Source of the DNA: Chrysomallon squamiferum
Lineage: Eukaryota; Animalia; Mollusca
NCBI GenBank assembly: GCA_012295275.1
Contig: CM022668.1
Span: 2,852,001-2,916,000, forward strand
DNA: 64,000 nt
Direction: 5' to 3'
Every line of letters starts with the position of its first letter. Position 1 is the stretch's first letter. A program made the translations under genes and the position numbers. Shown piece by piece: positions 57,541-64,000 of this stretch. A model generated the notes under the pieces. That model searched no databases and was not told the DNA's origin. It was given only the letters and a program-made list of their open reading frames with translations.

Positions 57541-58037
57541 CAACAATATAATCAATATGTTTTAAAAAAAAATCTAATATAGAAACATTTTATCCCTTGT
57601 AAGAAAATTTCAATAAACAAAATTAAAAAAAATATATATTTAGTTCTGAATAACTGACCAAAAAAATTGAACAAGTTGCCACACTTTTTTTTTTTTTTTT
57701 TTTTTTTAACAGCTTAAAGTTCAAATTCAATATTAACTGGACATAAAAAACCATCTTTAGCTGGAAATGCACCGTATAATCATGATAAAAACATAACTAG
57801 GTAATGGAAAGTAGTGTTTGCAGCAGAATTGACGAATAATACTTTCTAAAAAACATTCCATCATTTTGAAGCAAGCACGAAGTGAGAGAGATTTAATATT
57901 GACAAAGTTTGATGTACAACAAGATGTGAACTGGCCCTCAAGATTGTCCCAGTTTATAGATTGAAAAGTAATTTCGATTCAAAAACCAGATTTGTTTTTT
58001 TTTCTAAATGGTTATTATTTTTATTTTTGTAATAGGA

Positions 58038-58108
<71 letters not shown>

Positions 58109-58133
58109 GTTCTTATTTTTTTTTTTACTGTTA

Positions 58134-58177
<44 letters not shown>

Positions 58178-58469
58178 TTATCTTTTCTGTTTCTATATCT
58201 ATATTATTAAGTGTTATTTATTTTGCTATTATTAATTTTGTAATTTGATATATATATTATTTATTTATCATCGTCATCATCATCACTTCTATTATTTTAA
58301 AATTATTATTACTCAGCTATTATTATCATTTATAAACATATTTTAAATTATTTATTTCTATAATCATTATCATCATAATAATCATCATAATATACTTATT
58401 TTTAAAAATATTTCAGATTTTTTAACTTTAATGTTTTATATATTTATTAATTTCTTTAATAGTATTAGT

Positions 58470-58504
<35 letters not shown>

Positions 58505-58766
58505 GTCAATTTTATTTTTAATTTATGTAACAGTCATATTAAAATGATCTCACACTACACTTTATATTTCTACTCAGTGTCTGTTATTAAATATCACACA
58601 GGGTAAAACAGTATTACCTCACAAATAACTGTAGAAGACAACTAAAGGTTTATCAATATTTAGACTATCTGTCTAAATATATCTGAGCAATTTAGGAAAA
58701 CTTTGTCTAAATGTGCTCAAGCTGTTAAAACTGATTATGGTCAGACAGAAAATAGGGAGGGAAAAG

Positions 58767-58858
<92 letters not shown>

Positions 58859-59482
58859 TAATACTGATTTCTTTTTAATTACCTGCTTATAACTTTCAAA
58901 ATGATACACAGGTGATCTTTTTAATTACCTGTCCAATTATAAATAACAATAAAAGAAAAAATTAATGCAGGTAGACAACCTGTATTAACTATCTTTTCAC
59001 AATTTCCTCTTAACTGACAGGTGACTTTTAATTAAGCAAAGTTAATTAACAATAGAATTATAATGGATTATAACAGTGAAATATTTTATAAGTTCTTTAT
59101 TTGATTAACACAGACTATGGATTGATTATAAATATTCAATAAAAATATTCTATCAAATTAATGCACTTTATAAGATCACATTTTTCTATCTAGATATTAG
59201 AGATTAATTATTGTTCTGTGAATGTGTGTATGTGTGTGTTTGTGTGTATATACATACATACAGTACATATGATTCTTATTTATGAAAAGTCTAAATGTGT
59301 TTTATTAGAGGAAAGAGGGAAAAAGAGAAAGAGATAAGGAACAAACACAGAGAGAGAGAGAGAAAGAAAGAGAGAGAGAGAAGGAGAAAGAAAAGGACAG
59401 AAAGAGATAAAAATATTATATATAGATATACAGAGAGAGAAAATAGATATATATATATATATTTAGATATAGATATAGATAT

Positions 59483-59536
<54 letters not shown>

Positions 59537-59718
59537 CATTCAGATTCAACATTTTGAAAACTGAAAACCACAAAAAAAAAAAAAAATTTAAAAACCAGTC
59601 GAGTAAAATGGCAGCCAGTGCAGATATGTAAATAAAGATAAAATAAACAAGATCTGAAGAATTGTGGTTTATTTTAGACATTGCGAGAAAACAAATTAAA
59701 CTTTTAAAAATAGAGCCA

Positions 59719-59760
<42 letters not shown>

Positions 59761-61429
59761 GAGGAGGGGGGAAAAAATGGAAGAAAAAATTAATGAAAAA
59801 AAGTAAATTAAGAACAAAAGGTAAAAAAAAAAAAAAAACAAAAAAAATGGGATAAGAATTTGAAACCAAAGAAAGAGGAAGTGAAACTGGTTGTAGAGTT
59901 TTTCTTCTTTTCATTTAAAGGAAAAAAAAAAAAAAAAGAAATTTTAAAAAATGTTTTTTTTTTAGTAATTTCTAAAGTAAAAGGATTTTGTGACAGAAAG
60001 AATGAAAAAAACTTAGTGAGAGAAATACAGACAGAAATACACAAAGAAAGATGAAAGTGAGAGAAAGAGAGAGAGAGAGAAAGAATGAGAAAGGATGACA
60101 GAGATAGAAAGAATGATAGAGACATAGAGAGAGAAAGAATGATAGAAACAGATCAGAGAAAAGAAAGAAACAGATCAAGAATGACAGAGGAGAGAGAGAC
60201 AGAAAGTGCGAAAGAGAGAGACTAAATAAGTAAACAAATATCACAGAAACACAAAAAAAAAAAAAAAAAAAAAAAAAATAAAAAATGAAACAAAAGAAGG
60301 AAGCTAAGAAAAATGAAAAAGAATTAGAAAGAAAAAACAGAAAAATAAAAATAAGCCAATTATGTCATCGTTTGCTATTCTTCTCGTTGTTCCTGAGTAA
60401 AAAATCTTGTTTGGAGAAAAGCCACTATCAGAGAGCTGGTAGAAGCAAAAATAGCCTGGAGAAAGATGTTTGTGTAGTAAACACAGAACTCTTGTCTAGT
60501 TCAGGAACACTGTGCACTAGCAAGTCCTTGGTCACCTGTTAAAATAATCCTCTAAGAGCTGCAGGTAAATGTGGAATATTAAGTACACCTTAAGTAATAC
60601 CTGCGTTAAAAAGAAGAAGAATCGTTCATATCGCAGTTTATTTTTGTTATCTCATTGAGGGTGTGTGTGTGTTTGTGACAGACAGATTTTGAAAAAACTG
60701 AAACATATTTGATTACATACCTTTTCAATTCTTAAAAACAAAAAAAAAATAAAAAAATCATCATTTAAATATAACAAAACACCTATTAAAATATTAATCA
60801 GCATTCCAACACTTTCAAAAAATCCATGTACCTTTTCTTTCTTACCACAAACACATACATAATACACACACACCTACACACACAACACACATGCCTACAC
60901 ATACAACACACACACAAACACGCCTACACACACCAATTCAACACATCTATTAAAACACACAAACACACAAAAAGTAAAGAAATAAGAATTCTAAAAAAAA
61001 AAAAAACCTTCCAGAAATGGCTAACTCGATATCAACCACACACACAGACACACAGACACACAGACAGACAAAGACACTTTCCGTGAAAGTAATAAAGAAA
61101 AATGTTTTTACTTATTGATTGATAGCCGTGGTGTGAGAGAGGTGACCAACATTTTGTGTGTGATTCCTGACTTGTGTGAAAACTCTTTACTCACAGATTG
61201 TGTGTTCACACAAGTACAGTCATTAGGCTTTCATCTGAGCCAGATTGAACCAAAAAAGAAATTGTGGTCAAGTGAAGATGCATTGAAAAATGTCGACAGT
61301 GAAAAGAAAAAAAGATGAATGTTTGAATTTGTTTGGCAAATGTTTGTTTGATTGATGAAAATGTTGGTTTAAAAAAAAAAAAAAAAAAAGTTTAAATGAA
61401 AATGAACAAATAAAAATTAACTTTATGAT

Positions 61430-61860
61430 AACTGTAGCAGTAGTTGTTATTGTAGAAGTTGTAGTGGCAGTGGTGGTTATTGTACTAGTAGTAGTAGTAG
61501 CAACAGGAATAGTGGTAGTAGATGTTGTTGCTGTTATTGGTGTTGTAATAATGGTAGTAGACATTACTGTTGTTGTTGTTGTTGTTGTTGTAATAGTGGT
61601 AGTAGATGTTGTTGTTGTTGTTGTTGTAATAGTGGTAGTAGATGTTGTTGTTGTTGTTGTTGTAATAGTGGTAGTAGATGTTGTTGTTGTTGTTGTAATA
61701 GTGGTAGAAAAAGTAATAGCAATAATAAAAGTGGTAATAGTGATTGTAATAGTAGTAGTAGTAGTAACAGATGTTGTTGTTGTTGTTGTAGTTGTTGTTG
61801 TAGTGATAGTAAAGGTAATAACAGTAATATAAGTGTTGGTAGTATAAGTAATAACAATAA
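61430..61860. repeat. Compound (GTT/GTA)n tract with ~30-33-bp higher-order unit
   Basis: (gtt)n-gtaatagtggtagtagat repeated about 4 times. Confidence 0.9.
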
Positions 61861-61901
61861 TAATCTATTTAGCTTTTTAAATAAATATTACCAACACACA
61901 C

Positions 61902-61945
<44 letters not shown>

Positions 61946-62794
61946 CCAAACACAACATATATTTTATTCCTACATCAATCAGTTCTGACAATAAATAATA
62001 CATTCAGGTGCATGATATAAATTGATATATCATGATGGAGGTGTAGAAAACGTCAGTGGAATAAAAGCTTGGTCTCATTATTTCAAATTAATAACAACGA
62101 GATAAAGGAAAATAAACTGAATTAACTATTCTCTTATCTGACAACATTCCTGAGAACATGCCAAACCTCAGAGAGAGGCAAGGATCGTTTTAGGAAAGAA
62201 AAAGTAAAATAGGATAAAAAGGTAAAACAGGATTTTTGAAAAAAGAATAATACATTAATAATTCCAGAATTTGTATTGTTGTAATAGTAGAAATGTAGAA
62301 GTTGTTGTAATGGTAGAAGTAGTAGTGATAAAAGGGATATTAATAAAGAAATTATAATAGTAGTAAAAGTGGTAGTGGTAATAGTAGTAGTAGTAGTAGT
62401 AGTAGCAGCAGCAGTAGAGGCAGTGGTAAATATTTCTCATTTAAACTAAATTCGTATCTTATATTATGTTTTTAATGAATAGAGATTAAAGTAAAAAAAA
62501 ATAATAGTAATAATAAAAATAAACATTAATAAAATTCAAATAAAATTCAAATTAAAACAAATTTGAAAATTAAATAAAAAAGCTCTTTTTAAAACAATTT
62601 CTTTTCTTGAAGAAATAAAATCTAATTTTATAGAACATTTAAAATAAAGTTAGTTCCAAATTCACTTGACGTTCATTGACACAAAACAAAGACCGAAGAA
62701 CAGAAAGTAGTATTTAAACAAACATAGAAAACCATCTTATATCAAATTAACTGAAAACAAAGATAGAGAAATAGAAAATATCTTTAAAAACAAC

Positions 62795-62833
<39 letters not shown>

Positions 62834-64000
62834 ATAAAAGAAACAAAAGAAACCAAAAAAAAGAAGAAAGAATGAAAAGAAAAAAGAGAAGGAAAGAAAA
62901 GAAATGAAAACTGGAAATGTTTGTTTTTTTCCAGTATTAGATGTAAGTGTCAAATATTTCAGTAATTAGTTGTAGACTCAGTTTTCAAAAACACCACGTT
63001 CCATGAAATCAAAACAACACCAAAACTTTCACCTTGCTTCAAGTAAACATCACATATAATATTTGTGTGTTAGACTTTAATTTTATCTGTGTGTGTCTGT
63101 GTGTGTGTGTGTATGTGTGTGTAAGTGTGTGTGTGAGTGTATGTGTGAGTGTGTGTGAGGGATCATTGTATATGAATATGTAAGTATATATGTTTCTATG
63201 TATGTATATAAGTCTATATGCATCTATACAGGTATGTATGTATGTATGTACATAGGTATATATGTTTGTATGTATAAATGCATCTGTATTCATTTTAAAT
63301 AGTCACTGTTTATTTTTTTAGTCATAACCAAAAAATATTTATACATTACACACACATACACGTCAACATACACAAATATACACACATTCACGTATTCACA
63401 CATACACACACACATACACACACCATGTATTTGATTTATTGTCTGCAAAAATATTCATCAAACTATACACTTGATTCATACACCCATAGCCCCCCCACAG
63501 ACACAGACACACACACACACACACCTACACACAAACATATTCCCTCATTCACTCTCTCTCACACTCACACACACATACCTACACACACACACTCACACAC
63601 ACACACACAGACACTCAAACACACACACTCACACACACTCAAACACACACACACACTCACACACACTCAAACACACACACACACTCAAACACAAACACAC
63701 ACTCACACACTCAAACACACACACACACACACTCACACACACACACTGCACTATTAATACTGTCTGCTGTGAGAAGCTTTGGCTGTTGTTACAAAACACA
63801 GACTGTGTGTTTATGATTGCATTAGACAAGGTAATGCCAAGGGTCAGGTGAGACAGGTAAACAACAGGTAGAGTTTCACAACACCTGAACATTTTTACCT
63901 GTACTTACCTGACTTCAGATATTTCGTAATCACCTGTGTTTCTGTGTATGATAAAACAAAGGAAATTTACAACTGCAGAAAAAAAAGAAAAATATTACTT

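Overview
AT-rich (roughly 25-30% GC by eye) eukaryotic DNA saturated with microsatellites. It contains no credible long CDS, rRNA, tRNA or CRISPR array, and almost every ORF in the track is a translation of simple repeats. It looks like part of a very large intron or gene desert of an invertebrate. The dispersed SINE-like family recalls gastropod mollusc repeats (from memory, unverified). Supported content: long (CT/AG)n, (CA/TG)n and tri-/tetranucleotide tracts; many mini- and macrosatellites; two clear TIR-bounded MITEs and a 78-bp palindrome; about ten decayed copies of one SINE-like element; and short unique CpG-retaining islands carrying dense transcription-factor-like motifs (nuclear-receptor DR2 array, PBX/PREP plus CCAAT, RFX X-boxes, USF/MiT E-boxes). 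The most notable signal is two minus-strand zero-length-exon motifs (polypyrimidine tract-YAG|GTAAG) about 17 kb apart. These are candidate recursive-splicing ratchet points in a giant minus-strand intron. All regulatory and splicing calls are sequence-based inferences that need RNA-seq or conservation tests.
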